Shown piece by piece: positions 9,119 through 18,710 of a stretch of DNA of 64,000 nucleotides. The DNA is from an uncultured Alphaproteobacteria bacterium (GTDB lineage: Bacteria; Pseudomonadota; Alphaproteobacteria; Geminicoccales; Geminicoccaceae), in the NCBI GenBank assembly GCA_942491185.1, contig CALOAB010000004.1, positions 327,190-391,189 on the forward strand. The letters are read 5' to 3'. The translations under genes and the position numbers were made by a program. The notes beneath the pieces were generated by a model, which saw only the letters and a program-made list of their open reading frames with translations, ran no database searches and was not told the origin of the DNA. The first letter of the stretch is position 1; each line of letters starts with the position of its first letter.

Positions 9119-10117
9119 ATGCCCAACGCACCGACCACCCGAGACGATGCCTCGCCGACCGAGATTGCGCCGACCGACATCGTGATCGTCCTCGGCCAGC
9201 TCTTCTCGCTGCTTTCGCTCGCTGTCTGCACCGAGTTTCTGCGCATCGCGAACCGCGAGCACGGCGGCACCTTGTTTCGCCGCCGGATCATCACGGCCGA
9301 CGGTGTGCCGGTGGTCTCGTCGAGCGGCATCGAGATCCGCGCCGACGCTGGCGTCGCCGATATCGGTTTCGCACCGGTCGTCGTGGTGCTGACCTCCTAT
9401 GACCCCGAGGCCGCCTGCACGCCTGGACTGCTCGGTTGGCTCAGATGGCAGGATCGACGCGGTGCGATCCTTGCCTGCGCCGATACGGGGGCGCTGGTGC
9501 TGGCCCGCGCCGGCGTGCTCCGGGACCGGCACGTCGCCGTGCATCACGAGGCGACGCCCGCCTATCGCGAGACCCTTGGCGAAGCGATCCTGCTCGACCG
9601 CGTTCATGCCGTCGACGGCGATCTCTTGTCGAGCGGCGGCGGCATGGCGACGGCCGACATGATGCTGCAGCTCATCCAGCGGCTTGCCGGCCGGGCGCTC
9701 GCCGCTCGCGTCGCGCACGTGCTGAATTACCGGCAGCTTCCGGCCCAGGCACCACCCTCGGGCGTCGGTGGCGACAGTGCCGTGGTGCGCATCGACCGCC
9801 GGCTCGGTCGCATGGTCGAGCTGATGCAGGCACGGATCGAATCGCCGTTGCCGCTGGCGGCGATCTGCCGGCTGACGAAGGTCGACAGCTCGACAGCTCG
9901 CCGATTGTTCAAGCGCCGTTTCGGCACGACGCCGAGTCGCTACTATCTGGGGCTGCGCCTCGAGCGAGCACGGCAGCTGCTGGGCCACGGTGCCCTTGCC
10001 GTCGGCCAGATCGCAACCCTCGTCGGCTTCAGCGATGCCTCGGCCTTCGCCCGTGCCTACCGTCGCCGTTTCGGCGCCTTGCCCAGCGTCGAGCGGCGTG
10101 CGCCGACGGGCAGCTGA
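9119..10117 (+). CDS. GlxA-family (DJ-1/PfpI domain + AraC HTH) transcriptional regulator
   Basis: About 332 aa from ATG 9119. GATase1-like N-domain and a C-terminal AraC HTH (VGFSDASAFARAYRRRFG). Divergent from the dioxygenase gene. Confidence 0.85.
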   Translation: MPNAPTTRDDASPTEIAPTDIVIVLGQLFSLLSLAVCTEFLRIANREHGGTLFRRRIITADGVPVVSSSGIEIRADAGVADIGFAPVVVVLTSYDPEAACTPGLLGWLRWQDRRGAILACADTGALVLARAGVLRDRHVAVHHEATPAYRETLGEAILLDRVHAVDGDLLSSGGGMATADMMLQLIQRLAGRALAARVAHVLNYRQLPAQAPPSGVGGDSAVVRIDRRLGRMVELMQARIESPLPLAAICRLTKVDSSTARRLFKRRFGTTPSRYYLGLRLERARQLLGHGALAVGQIATLVGFSDASAFARAYRRRFGALPSVERRAPTGS

Positions 10118-10223
10118 ACGCGAGCTCGGGTCGACCGGGCGATCTCCGGACGAATCCCGACCGGCCGAGTGTCACCCATCTCTTCGAACACCTGTCACCC
10201 TTGTCTCCGGTCCGTGCAGCGCC

Positions 10224-12050
10224 TCAAATCACCCCTTCCTCACGCATCCCCTCCAGCTCGAGCCAGCGCTCCTCCAGCTGGCCGAGGGCAGCACGGCGCT
10301 CGTCGAGGTCGCGTGCCAGCGATGCGGCTTTCGCGGCGTCGTCGAGATGCAGCCGCGGGTCGCCGAGCGCCACCTCGATCCGCGCGATCTCGCCCGTCAG
10401 CATCGCCATCTTCTCCGGCAGCCGGTCGAGCTCGCGGGCGAGCTTGGCCACGGCCTTGCCCTGCGCCCGGCTAGCCGCCCCTTTGCCGGACGGCGTCGCG
10501 GCCGGCCCGTCATCGCCGCGCTGCTGGCGCGCCATGGCGAGCCCGACCCGCGCACCCTGGCGCACCGCATCGCTGTAGCCACCCGCCGTCTCGACGATCT
10601 TGCCGCCGCCCTCGAGCACGATCGTGCTGGTCACCACCCGGTCGAGAAAGTCGCGATCGTGGCTGACCAGGAGCAGCGTGCCCGGATAGTCGGCGAGCAG
10701 GTCCTCCAAGAGATCGAGCGTCTCGAGGTCGAGATCGTTGGTCGGCTCGTCGAGCACCAGCAGATTGCTCGCCCGCGCCAGGTTGCGCGCGAGCAGCAGC
10801 CGGTTGCGCTCGCCGCCCGACAAGGCCTCGATCGGCTGGCGCGCCTGCGCCTCGTCGAAGAGGAAGTCCTTCAGATAGCCCACCACGTGCCGCTTGTGGC
10901 CGGCGATATCGACCTGATCGCCGCCCTCGGGGCAGAGCGTCGTCCAGGGCGTGGCCTTGGGATCGAGGCTGCCGCGATCCTGCTCGAAGCGGGCGATCTC
11001 GAGGCCGGTGCCGAGCCGCACCTTCCCTGAATCGGGCTCCAGCACACCGGTCAGGAGATCGAGCAGCGTCGTCTTGCCGGCACCGTTGGCGCCGATGATG
11101 CCGACCCGGTCGCCCTTCAAGACGCGCGTCGAGAAGCCGTCCACGAGACACTGGTCGCTGCGTGTCTTGGTGATGTCGAGCGCCTCGATCACCAGCGTGC
11201 CGCCGCCGGTCGACAGATGCGCCTCGAGCTTGGCTCGGCCCTCGGGCTTGAGGAAGGCCGCCCGCGCGGCGCGGAGATCGCCGAGCTTGCGCAGCCGCCC
11301 CTGGTTGCGCTTGCGCCTGGCCGTGACACCCCGGTGCAGCCAGTGCGTCTCGGCCTCGAGATGCTTCTCCAGCCGGGCGAGGGTTTTCTCCTCCTCGGCC
11401 ATCAAGCTGTCACGCCAGGCCTCGAAGCTCGCCGGCGAGGCATTGTTGACGAACAGCCGACCGCGATCCAGCCACCAGGTCCGCCGGGTCACGTTGGCGA
11501 GAAAGGCCCGATCGTGACTGATCACCACACGCGCCGCCCGGCTCGCCTGCAGCGTCTGCTCGAGCCAGCCGATGGCCGGCAGGTCGAGATGATTGGTGGG
11601 CTCGTCGAGCAGCAGAATGTCCGGCTCGGCGACCAGCGCCCGGGCGATGGCGACCCGGCGCCGCTCGCCGCCAGAGAGGCCTTGCCCGAGCCGCTCTGGA
11701 TCGAGCCCCAGATCCTCCAGCAGCACCGCTGCCCGATGCTCGCTCAGCGCCGGATCGGCATCGGCCGCAAGCCCCAGCAGCACGCTCTGGGCCAGCGTGC
11801 GCTCGGGATCGAGTGCCGGGTCTTGCTCGAGATAGCGAACGAGGCATTGCTGCTGGCCGGTGCGCGCGCCCGTGTCGAGCTCGATCATGCTGGCCAGCAC
11901 CTTCATCAGGCTGGACTTGCCGCTGCCGTTGCGGCCGACGAGGCCGATGGCGTCGCCCGCCTGGATATCGAGATCGACGCCGGCGAACAGCCGCTTGCCA
12001 CCCAAGGCCAGGGTAGCACCACGGAGCGATAGAAGGGGGACCGGGGCCAT
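10224..12050 (-). CDS. ABC-F family ATPase (Uup-like)
   Basis: Two ABC cassettes ([24 protein letters not shown] and GANGAGKTT/LSGGERNRLLLARNL), no TM segments, C-terminal coiled coil. ATG at 12050; the ORF track allows 12104. Confidence 0.9.
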   Translation of the reverse strand: MAPVPLLSLRGATLALGGKRLFAGVDLDIQAGDAIGLVGRNGSGKSSLMKVLASMIELDTGARTGQQQCLVRYLEQDPALDPERTLAQSVLLGLAADADPALSEHRAAVLLEDLGLDPERLGQGLSGGERRRVAIARALVAEPDILLLDEPTNHLDLPAIGWLEQTLQASRAARVVISHDRAFLANVTRRTWWLDRGRLFVNNASPASFEAWRDSLMAEEEKTLARLEKHLEAETHWLHRGVTARRKRNQGRLRKLGDLRAARAAFLKPEGRAKLEAHLSTGGGTLVIEALDITKTRSDQCLVDGFSTRVLKGDRVGIIGANGAGKTTLLDLLTGVLEPDSGKVRLGTGLEIARFEQDRGSLDPKATPWTTLCPEGGDQVDIAGHKRHVVGYLKDFLFDEAQARQPIEALSGGERNRLLLARNLARASNLLVLDEPTNDLDLETLDLLEDLLADYPGTLLLVSHDRDFLDRVVTSTIVLEGGGKIVETAGGYSDAVRQGARVGLAMARQQRGDDGPAATPSGKGAASRAQGKAVAKLARELDRLPEKMAMLTGEIARIEVALGDPRLHLDDAAKAASLARDLDERRAALGQLEERWLELEGMREEGVI

Positions 12051-12147
12051 CGACGATAGCTCTCGCTGGGTGCACGCAAGGGTTGACTGGTGAAAGCGGC
12101 GCAAAAGCTCTAGATCAGAGCCTCGGCGCCAAGCTCGGCGGAGCTCC

Positions 12148-12415
12148 AGAGCCTGTTTGAGACGTTTTCATGGTGTTGCATCGACTTGCGATCGACCGCC
12201 GGCGCGAAGCCGAGCGCAGCCCGATGCCGGGGCATCGGGCAAGCTCGGCGACAAAGCCGGAGCCGATCGCAAGCCGACCGGAGGTGAGCTTGGCAGAGGC
12301 ACCTGCTTCGTCGTCGGTCGGCCGTCGATGCTGGAGCATCGACGGCCGACCGACTCCTCGCATATGCTCACTGCCAAGCTCATGCAACACCATGAAAACG
12401 TCTCAAACAGGCTCT
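12148..12415. repeat. 268-bp palindromic intergenic element (MITE/RIME-like): 34-bp terminal inverted repeats enclosing two long hairpins
   Basis: 12148-12181 is the exact reverse complement of 12382-12415. Inner hairpin 1: 12185-12194/12264-12273, 12209-12215/12243-12249, 12220-12228/12231-12239. Inner hairpin 2: 12286-12296/12371-12381, containing a perfect 20-bp stem at 12313-12332/12335-12354. Confidence 0.85.
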
Positions 12416-12432
12416 TAGCGGAAGGGGAAGCG

Positions 12433-13917
12433 ATGGTCGAGGCGCTGGTCGAAGCGCTCGCGCGCGATGGGATCCGGGAGATCGAGCTGTTCCGCGATCC
12501 GGACGCTGCCGTCGCCCACGTCACGCGCATTTACGATGCTTCCGTCGAGCGGCTGGAGACAGCGTTCGCAGCCTATGCCGCGGACGGCACCGTGCCCGAC
12601 GCGCACGATGCCTGCTACCCCTTCGTCGGCATCCGCATCGAGGCCGAGACCTTGAACGTCGATGCCAGGCTCGCCTATGGCGCGCTGCACGATCCTGGGC
12701 TCTACGGCACGACGCTCACCAACCCGGCGCTGTTCGGCGACTACTACCAGACCCAGTTCGAGATGCTGCTCCGCCACCATCTGGTGCCGCTCGCCGTGGG
12801 CAAGAGCCGGCGGCAGATCCCGCTCCCCTTCGTCGTCGACATCGCATCGAGCGGCATCCATGGCCAGCGCGCGCACAAGCTGCCTTACCGATTTCCGATG
12901 CCCGACCTCTCGGCCACCGACGACGCCATCGCCAACGGCACCTTCCACTCGAAGCCGGGCGAGCCCGGCGCGCTGGCGCTCTTCACCGCCGAGCGGGTCG
13001 ACTACAGCCTGCACCGCCTGGCGCACTACACCGGCACGAGCCCGCGTTTCTTCCAGCGCTTCGTCCTGCTGACCAACTACCAGCGCTACGTCGATCACTT
13101 CATCGCCCATGCCGAGCGCGAGCTGCAGGAGGGCGACAGCCATGACCGTTTCGTCGAGCCCGGCAACGTGGTCACGACCAACCCGCGGTTTCCGAACAGC
13201 GGGCCGCAGGGCCAGGCACCGGGACACCTGCCACAGATGCCGGCCTACCACCTGACCCGCCCCGACGGCCGCGGCGTCACGCTGGTCAATATCGGCGTCG
13301 GCCCGTCCAATGCGCGGACCATCACCGACCACATCGCCGTCCTGCGCCCGCATTGCTGGCTGATGCTCGGCCACTGCGCCGGGCTCAGGCGCACCCAGCG
13401 GCTCGGCGACTACGTCCTGGCGCATGGCTATGTCAGGGAGGATCACGTCCTCGACCAGGAGGTGCCGCCGTTTGTCCCGGTGCCGCCGATCGCCGAGGTC
13501 CAGGTGGCGCTCCAGCAGGCGGTCGCCAACGTCACCGGCCTCGCCGACCTCGACCTCAAGTCGCGCATGCGCACCGGCACCGTGGCCTCCACCGCCAACC
13601 GCAACTGGGAGTTGCGCTACCAGGAGTTCTTCCAGCGGCTGAACCAGTCGCGGGCCATAGCCCTGGACATGGAGAGCGCCACGATCGCCACCAACGGCCT
13701 GCGCTTTCGCGTGCCTTATGGCACCCTGCTCTGCGTCTCCGACAAGCCCCTGCACGGCGAGCTGAAGCTCAAGGGCATGGCCAATCGGTTCTATGAGGAG
13801 CGGGTCAACCAGCACCTCGAGATCGGCCTCGAGACGATCCGCCTGCTCCGCGAGCAGGGCCCGGAGCGGCTGCACTCACGCAAGCTCAGAAGCTTCGACG
13901 AGCCGGCCTTTCGCTGA
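12433..13917 (+). CDS. amn: AMP nucleosidase
   Basis: About 494 aa from ATG 12433 (GAAGGGGA upstream). C-terminal nucleoside-phosphorylase-like core NIGVGPSNARTITDHIAVLRPHCWLMLGHCAGLR...GDYVLAHGYVREDHVLD. Confidence 0.9.
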   Translation: MVEALVEALARDGIREIELFRDPDAAVAHVTRIYDASVERLETAFAAYAADGTVPDAHDACYPFVGIRIEAETLNVDARLAYGALHDPGLYGTTLTNPALFGDYYQTQFEMLLRHHLVPLAVGKSRRQIPLPFVVDIASSGIHGQRAHKLPYRFPMPDLSATDDAIANGTFHSKPGEPGALALFTAERVDYSLHRLAHYTGTSPRFFQRFVLLTNYQRYVDHFIAHAERELQEGDSHDRFVEPGNVVTTNPRFPNSGPQGQAPGHLPQMPAYHLTRPDGRGVTLVNIGVGPSNARTITDHIAVLRPHCWLMLGHCAGLRRTQRLGDYVLAHGYVREDHVLDQEVPPFVPVPPIAEVQVALQQAVANVTGLADLDLKSRMRTGTVASTANRNWELRYQEFFQRLNQSRAIALDMESATIATNGLRFRVPYGTLLCVSDKPLHGELKLKGMANRFYEERVNQHLEIGLETIRLLREQGPERLHSRKLRSFDEPAFR

Positions 13918-13930
13918 GCCGGCACCGGCG

Positions 13931-14356
13931 ATGGGCAACCTGCAACGCTTTCTCGATGCGCAAGAACCGGTGCTGGACCAAGTGCTGACCGAGCTGCGCG
14001 CCGGCCGCAAGCGCACGCATTGGATGTGGTTCGTCTTCCCGCAGCTCGCCGGGCTCGGCCACAGCGACCGGGCCCGCTTCTTCGCCATCGCCGATCTCGA
14101 CGAGGCTCGCCGCTACCTCGCCCATCCGGTGCTCGGCCCCCGCCTCGTCCAGTGCACCGAACGCGTCAACGCCGTCCAGGGCAAGACCGCGCACGACATC
14201 TTCGGCTCGCCGGACGATCTCAAGCTTCGATCCTCGATGACGCTGTTCGCCGAGGCCGCAGGCCAGCCGTCGCCGTTTCAGCACGCGCTACGGCGTTTCT
14301 TTGCCGGCGCCCCCGACAGCAAGACCCTCCAGCTGCTCGATCGGCGTGTCGACTGA
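13931..14356 (+). CDS. DUF1810 domain-containing protein
   Basis: 141 aa. LQRFLDAQ...GRKRTHWMWFVFPQLAGLGHS...HPVLGPRL...KLRSSMTLF matches the DUF1810 signature. Confidence 0.8.
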   Translation: MGNLQRFLDAQEPVLDQVLTELRAGRKRTHWMWFVFPQLAGLGHSDRARFFAIADLDEARRYLAHPVLGPRLVQCTERVNAVQGKTAHDIFGSPDDLKLRSSMTLFAEAAGQPSPFQHALRRFFAGAPDSKTLQLLDRRVD

Positions 14357-14911
14357 GGCCACCAGCTGGATCTCGGCGATGAGCTGGGAGAAGTCGTCCG
14401 GGTCGCGGCGGACGCGAAAGCCCAGGCGCTTGGCCAGCTTTCGCATGCCGTCGTTCTTCGCCGAGACATAGCCCCAGATCGTCCGGTAGCCGGCTTCGGC
14501 TGCCGCATCGAGCGCTGTCTGCAGCGCCTGCCGGGCCAGGCCCTGGCCCTGCATCTCGGGCCGCATCGACACCGAGAACTCGCCGTCCTTGCGGTCGGGC
14601 GCGCCGGTGATCCGAGCCCCGCCGACGATGTCGCTCGCAAGCTCGCCCTGGCCTTCGATCACCAGGCAAATGTCGAGCACCGGGTCGGGCGTGCAGAAGG
14701 CGAGCGCCGCCTCGGGCGTGAGCACGGGCACGGCATGGAGAAAGCGCAGCCAGCGCTGGCGCGGCGACAGGACGTTGAAGCCGCGGATCATCGACGGCGC
14801 ATCCGTGGGCTCGATCGGCCTGAGCACATAAGCCCGGCCGTCCTTGCCATTGATCCGCACCTTACGTTGCGCAAGCAGCTCGCGCAGCGAAGGCGTTTTG
14901 CTACCGATCAT
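14288..14911 (-). CDS. GNAT family N-acetyltransferase
   Basis: 207 aa with an acetyl-CoA binding-type segment (MQGQGLARQALQTALDAAAEAGYRTIWGYVSAKNDGMRKLAKRLGF). Its 3' end overlaps the convergent DUF1810 gene by 69 nt. Confidence 0.75.
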   Translation of the reverse strand: MIGSKTPSLRELLAQRKVRINGKDGRAYVLRPIEPTDAPSMIRGFNVLSPRQRWLRFLHAVPVLTPEAALAFCTPDPVLDICLVIEGQGELASDIVGGARITGAPDRKDGEFSVSMRPEMQGQGLARQALQTALDAAAEAGYRTIWGYVSAKNDGMRKLAKRLGFRVRRDPDDFSQLIAEIQLVASVDTPIEQLEGLAVGGAGKETP

Positions 14912-14986
14912 CGATCGCCCTCTGCGGCACCCTCAGGGTCGACGGTTTCCCACTGACGGCGCGCGCGACACTATCACAGCCGTCGC

Positions 14987-15466
14987 CTAGACCTCCTTGG
15001 CGGCGTCGCGTCGCTTGAAGATGCTGTGCAGCCACCACCAGAGAAAGGCGGCCAAGGCCACGAGCAGCGCCAGCACAGTGATCTTGACCCACGGGATCAA
15101 TGTCTGATCCGGTCCCTCGGCCGGCGCGATCGAGACGGCGTTGGGGAACGCCGAGACAATAGGGATGCGCCAGCCGTAATGCGTGACGATCATCCAGCGT
15201 GGATCCTCTTCGGTCGTTGAGGCGCGGTTCTGGGCCTCGGCGGCAAGGTCGGCGCTGTCGAACTTGAAGTACGGCGGCCAGCCCCAGCCGGTGTCCATGT
15301 TCCGATAGACCATCGGATCACCGTCCGGCGACACCGCGTTGATGTAGCGGATGTCGCGACTGCGGATGACGTCCTCGCCCTGCGGATTGGTGACCACGAC
15401 CTGTTCGCGCGCAACATCAGTGCCGAGAATACGCACGACATCGCGCGACGGCAGCGTCCAGTGCAT
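14987..15466 (-). CDS. hypothetical protein with C-terminal transmembrane anchor
   Basis: 159-aa ORF with protein-like composition and a C-terminal TM (ITVLALLVALAAFLWWWL). No family recognised and the 5' end is uncertain. Confidence 0.4.
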   Translation of the reverse strand: MHWTLPSRDVVRILGTDVAREQVVVTNPQGEDVIRSRDIRYINAVSPDGDPMVYRNMDTGWGWPPYFKFDSADLAAEAQNRASTTEEDPRWMIVTHYGWRIPIVSAFPNAVSIAPAEGPDQTLIPWVKITVLALLVALAAFLWWWLHSIFKRRDAAKEV

Positions 15467-15669
15467 GAGGACGCCCAGACCGCAAGCAGGACCAGAACCA
15501 AAAGGACCAGATAATTTTCCGCATCGGACGCTATATCGAACTGAAAGCCGCGCGGCGTCAATGCCGACGGCGTTTCAATGAAACAGCAGCAACCCGGCAA
15601 ACGATCGGGCGCTGAAAAGGTTGCGCACGGGCGCCGCGACAAACAACCGCGCGACGCCCGCATGCAAGG

Positions 15670-16716
15670 CTATTCGTTGATGGCCGCCAGCATCTGGTCG
15701 AGCATCGCCGTGCCTTCGTCACCGAAGCGCTCGGCGATCAGCGCCGTCACGGCCGGTTGCGCCGCCTCACGGAAGGCGGCGAGCTCCTCGGCACCCAGCG
15801 CATTGACCTCCATGGCGGCGGCCAGCGCCGGCAGGCCGTTCTCGGACGCCTCGATGATCCGCGAGATGCCGCGGCCGGCATCGACGGCGACCTGGGCGGC
15901 ATAGTCGACGACGTAGCGCTCCTCGTCGGTCAGGCCGTTGTAGAACTCGGCGTTCACCAGCCAGATATAGGGCGTGATGATGTGGTTGGTGATGGTGAGA
16001 TAGTCCTGCACCTCCTGGAACTTGGCAAACGCGATGATCGGGATCGGGTTCATCTGCCCGTCGGCGACGCCGGTCTGCAGTGCTGTGTAGACCTCGGCCC
16101 AGGGCAAGGGCGTCGGCTGACCGCCCAAGGAGCTGATGATCGTCTCGTGGGTCGGCAGCGTCATGGTGCGGATCTTGAGGCCTTCCATGTCGGCCACCGA
16201 GGTGATCGGGCGCTGGGAGTTGCTGATCGCGAAGAAGCCGCCGGAATCGAGCAGGCCCAGCACCTTGATGCCGGTCTTGGCCTCGATGTCCTCGGCCAGC
16301 ATCTGGCCGAAGGCGTGCTCGAGGTCGATCACCTCGTGCGCCTTGGCGATGTTCGGGAAGGCGAAGGGCACGTCGAAGATGCCGATCAGCTCGTAATGCG
16401 GCGCCAGCCCGCCGGCCGAGTTGATCGAGCTCTCGACCAGCCCGTCCTTGACCATCTGGATGACCTCGTCGTCACGGCCGAGCTGGCCGTTGGGGAACGG
16501 CTCGACGGTGATCGCCCCGTTGGTGCCGCTCTCGACCAGCGACTTGAAGACGGCGACCATGGCACCCGAATGGCTCTCGAACGGGCTCTCCGGGTTGAGA
16601 TGCGCGATGCGCATCGTCTTTTGGGCCATCGCCGGTCCCGCAGCGAGGCAGAGAAGTGCGGTGGCGGCGACCAGTGCCGTTGTCTTGAAGCGCATGACGT
16701 TCTCCTTTTTGGTCAT
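15670..16716 (-). CDS. TRAP transporter substrate-binding protein (DctP family)
   Basis: 348 aa with a signal peptide and DctP-type features (MRIAHLNPESPFESH ..., IRTMTLPTHETIISSLGGQPTPLPWAEVYTALQTGVADGQMNP). Confidence 0.9.
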   Translation of the reverse strand: MTKKENVMRFKTTALVAATALLCLAAGPAMAQKTMRIAHLNPESPFESHSGAMVAVFKSLVESGTNGAITVEPFPNGQLGRDDEVIQMVKDGLVESSINSAGGLAPHYELIGIFDVPFAFPNIAKAHEVIDLEHAFGQMLAEDIEAKTGIKVLGLLDSGGFFAISNSQRPITSVADMEGLKIRTMTLPTHETIISSLGGQPTPLPWAEVYTALQTGVADGQMNPIPIIAFAKFQEVQDYLTITNHIITPYIWLVNAEFYNGLTDEERYVVDYAAQVAVDAGRGISRIIEASENGLPALAAAMEVNALGAEELAAFREAAQPAVTALIAERFGDEGTAMLDQMLAAINE

Positions 16717-16750
16717 GACAGTTGTTGCTTCGCTCCCTTGCCGCCGAGGA

Positions 16751-18031
16751 TCACCTGAGGCCCAGGAGGCGGGGTACGAAGAGCGTGAGATCGGCCCAGA
16801 ACGAGATCACGAAGAGAATCGCGATCTCAGCCGCCAGGAACGGCATGAGCGACTTCGAGATCCGCTCGATCTTCTCGCCGGTGACGCTCGCCAGCACGAA
16901 CAGGCAGGCGCCCACCGGCGGCGTCATCAACGAGATGTTCAAGGCCAAGATGATCATGATCCCGGCCTGGATCGGGTCCATGCCGATTGTCACCGTCAGC
17001 GGGCCGAGGACCGGTGCCAGGATGATCAAGGCCGCGTTGATGTCCATGAAGAGGCCGACGAGCAGCAGCAGGCAGAGGATCATCAAGATGATCATCTGCG
17101 GATTGTCAGAGATCGCGAGGAAAGAGGCGGCGATCGCCTGGGGGATCTGGTTGTAGGTCATCCACCAGCCGAGGATCGAGGCGGACGCGATGATGAGGAA
17201 GACCACGCCGGTGAGGATCGAGGTGCGGATCAGCATGTCGACCAGATCGTTCACCGTCAGCCGGCGGTAGACAACGCCACCCACGATCAAGGCGTAGAGC
17301 ACCGCGATCGAGGCCGCTTCCGTCGGCGTCGTCACCCCGCCCAGGATGCCGCCCAGAATGATGAAGGGCAGGACCAGCGCCAGAAGGCTCTCGCGCGCGC
17401 TTTTCAAAATGAGCCGCAGGGACGGCCCGCCCTCGGCCTTGGGCAGGCCGAGCCGGCGCCCGAGCGCCGCGATCACCGCCATGCACACCAGGCAGATCAA
17501 GATCCCGGGCAGGATGCCGGCGGCAAACAGCCCGGCGATCGAGACCCCCATGATCGAGCCGTAGATGATCATCAGCGTCGAGGGCGGGATCGTGGGCCCG
17601 ATGATCGAGCCCGCAGCCGTGACCGCGCAACTGAAGGGCCTTGTGTAGCCCTGCTTGACCATGGCCGGGACCAGCGTGTTGCCGAAAGCCGCAGCATCGG
17701 CCGTGGCCGAGCCGGTGATCCCGGCGAAGAAGACCGAGGCCACCATGTTGGAATGCGCCATGCCGCCGCGGAGATAGCCCACGAGCGAATAGGCGAAGGC
17801 CACCAGCCGGTCGGTGATCCCGGTCCGGTTCATGATCTCGCCCGCCAGGATGAAGAAGGGCATGGCGAGGAAGGGAAAGAGGTTCAGGCCCGAGAAGAAC
17901 CGGTCCGGCCCCATGGCGAGGAATTGCTCGCCGATCTGCGCCATGCCGACCATGCCGGCAATCCCGAGGACGAAGGCCACGGGCATGCCGAGCAGCATGA
18001 GCCCGAAGAAGGTCGCAGCGACGATCATCAT
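16751..18031 (-). CDS. TRAP transporter large permease (DctM family)
   Basis: 426-aa polytopic membrane protein typical of DctM. Overlaps dctQ by 4 nt. Confidence 0.9.
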   Translation of the reverse strand: MMIVAATFFGLMLLGMPVAFVLGIAGMVGMAQIGEQFLAMGPDRFFSGLNLFPFLAMPFFILAGEIMNRTGITDRLVAFAYSLVGYLRGGMAHSNMVASVFFAGITGSATADAAAFGNTLVPAMVKQGYTRPFSCAVTAAGSIIGPTIPPSTLMIIYGSIMGVSIAGLFAAGILPGILICLVCMAVIAALGRRLGLPKAEGGPSLRLILKSARESLLALVLPFIILGGILGGVTTPTEAASIAVLYALIVGGVVYRRLTVNDLVDMLIRTSILTGVVFLIIASASILGWWMTYNQIPQAIAASFLAISDNPQMIILMILCLLLLVGLFMDINAALIILAPVLGPLTVTIGMDPIQAGIMIILALNISLMTPPVGACLFVLASVTGEKIERISKSLMPFLAAEIAILFVISFWADLTLFVPRLLGLR

Positions 18032-18567
18032 GGCTCGTGCACCTGATCAACGCTCGCAATCGAGGCGTCGAGCGGCGGTTCCTCGGCACCGAAATCACGA
18101 ATGCCCACCAGCACGAGCTGGATGCAGCAGAGACCGGCGCTCACCGGCACGGCCAGGAACGGCACGAAGAAGCTCGCACCATAGATCATGGTGGCCCGGC
18201 TCAGCCCCTTGGCAGCGAACTCCCAGCCATAGACCAGGAGCAGGCCGAAGAAGCCCAGCGCCACGAGGTCGAGCATGAGCCTGAGCCAGCGTCGTGCGGT
18301 GACCGGCAGCATGTTGGGGATGATCTCGACGCCGATATGCGCCCGCCTCGCGATGCCGCAGGAGGCCGCGAGCAGCGCCAGCCAGATCATCAAGTAGCGC
18401 GCCAGCTCCTCGGTCCAGGTGATCGGCAATGGCCAGACGAAGCGGACGATGACGCCGAGCCAGACGTCGAGGACGAGCAGCACCAGCACCACCAGGCAGA
18501 GCCTGGCCGTCACCCAGTCGAGCGCCGCGGCCAACCGTCCCGCCTTGCTCGAGATCTCACGCATCAC
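18028..18567 (-). CDS. TRAP transporter small permease (DctQ family)
   Basis: 179 aa with four predicted TM segments, first gene of the Q-M-P operon. Confidence 0.85.
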   Translation of the reverse strand: MMREISSKAGRLAAALDWVTARLCLVVLVLLVLDVWLGVIVRFVWPLPITWTEELARYLMIWLALLAASCGIARRAHIGVEIIPNMLPVTARRWLRLMLDLVALGFFGLLLVYGWEFAAKGLSRATMIYGASFFVPFLAVPVSAGLCCIQLVLVGIRDFGAEEPPLDASIASVDQVHEP

Positions 18568-18710
18568 CCAGGGTCGCCTCCATCGGTCCGCTCAGGTGAG
18601 AGCACGGATCGTGCCAAAGTGGCGGAAAGTGCTGCGCCGGGCAATGCAAGAGATCGACCTGCCCGTCGCTGGGCCAGAGGATGCGTTCGGTTTGGGCAGC
18701 CGGCCTTGCG

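Noticed and set aside
12115-12418. Two mirror ORFs (12115-12393 minus, 12170-12418 plus) that both end in CNTMKTSQTGS.
   Set aside because: The shared peptide is a direct consequence of the 34-bp inverted repeat. The composition is not protein-like, and the region is better explained as a palindromic intergenic element.
14288-14356. A 69-nt overlap of the convergent DUF1810 and GNAT genes as a possible antisense regulatory arrangement.
   Set aside because: It is more simply explained by an open frame running past the true functional end of the GNAT gene. There is no independent evidence for regulation.
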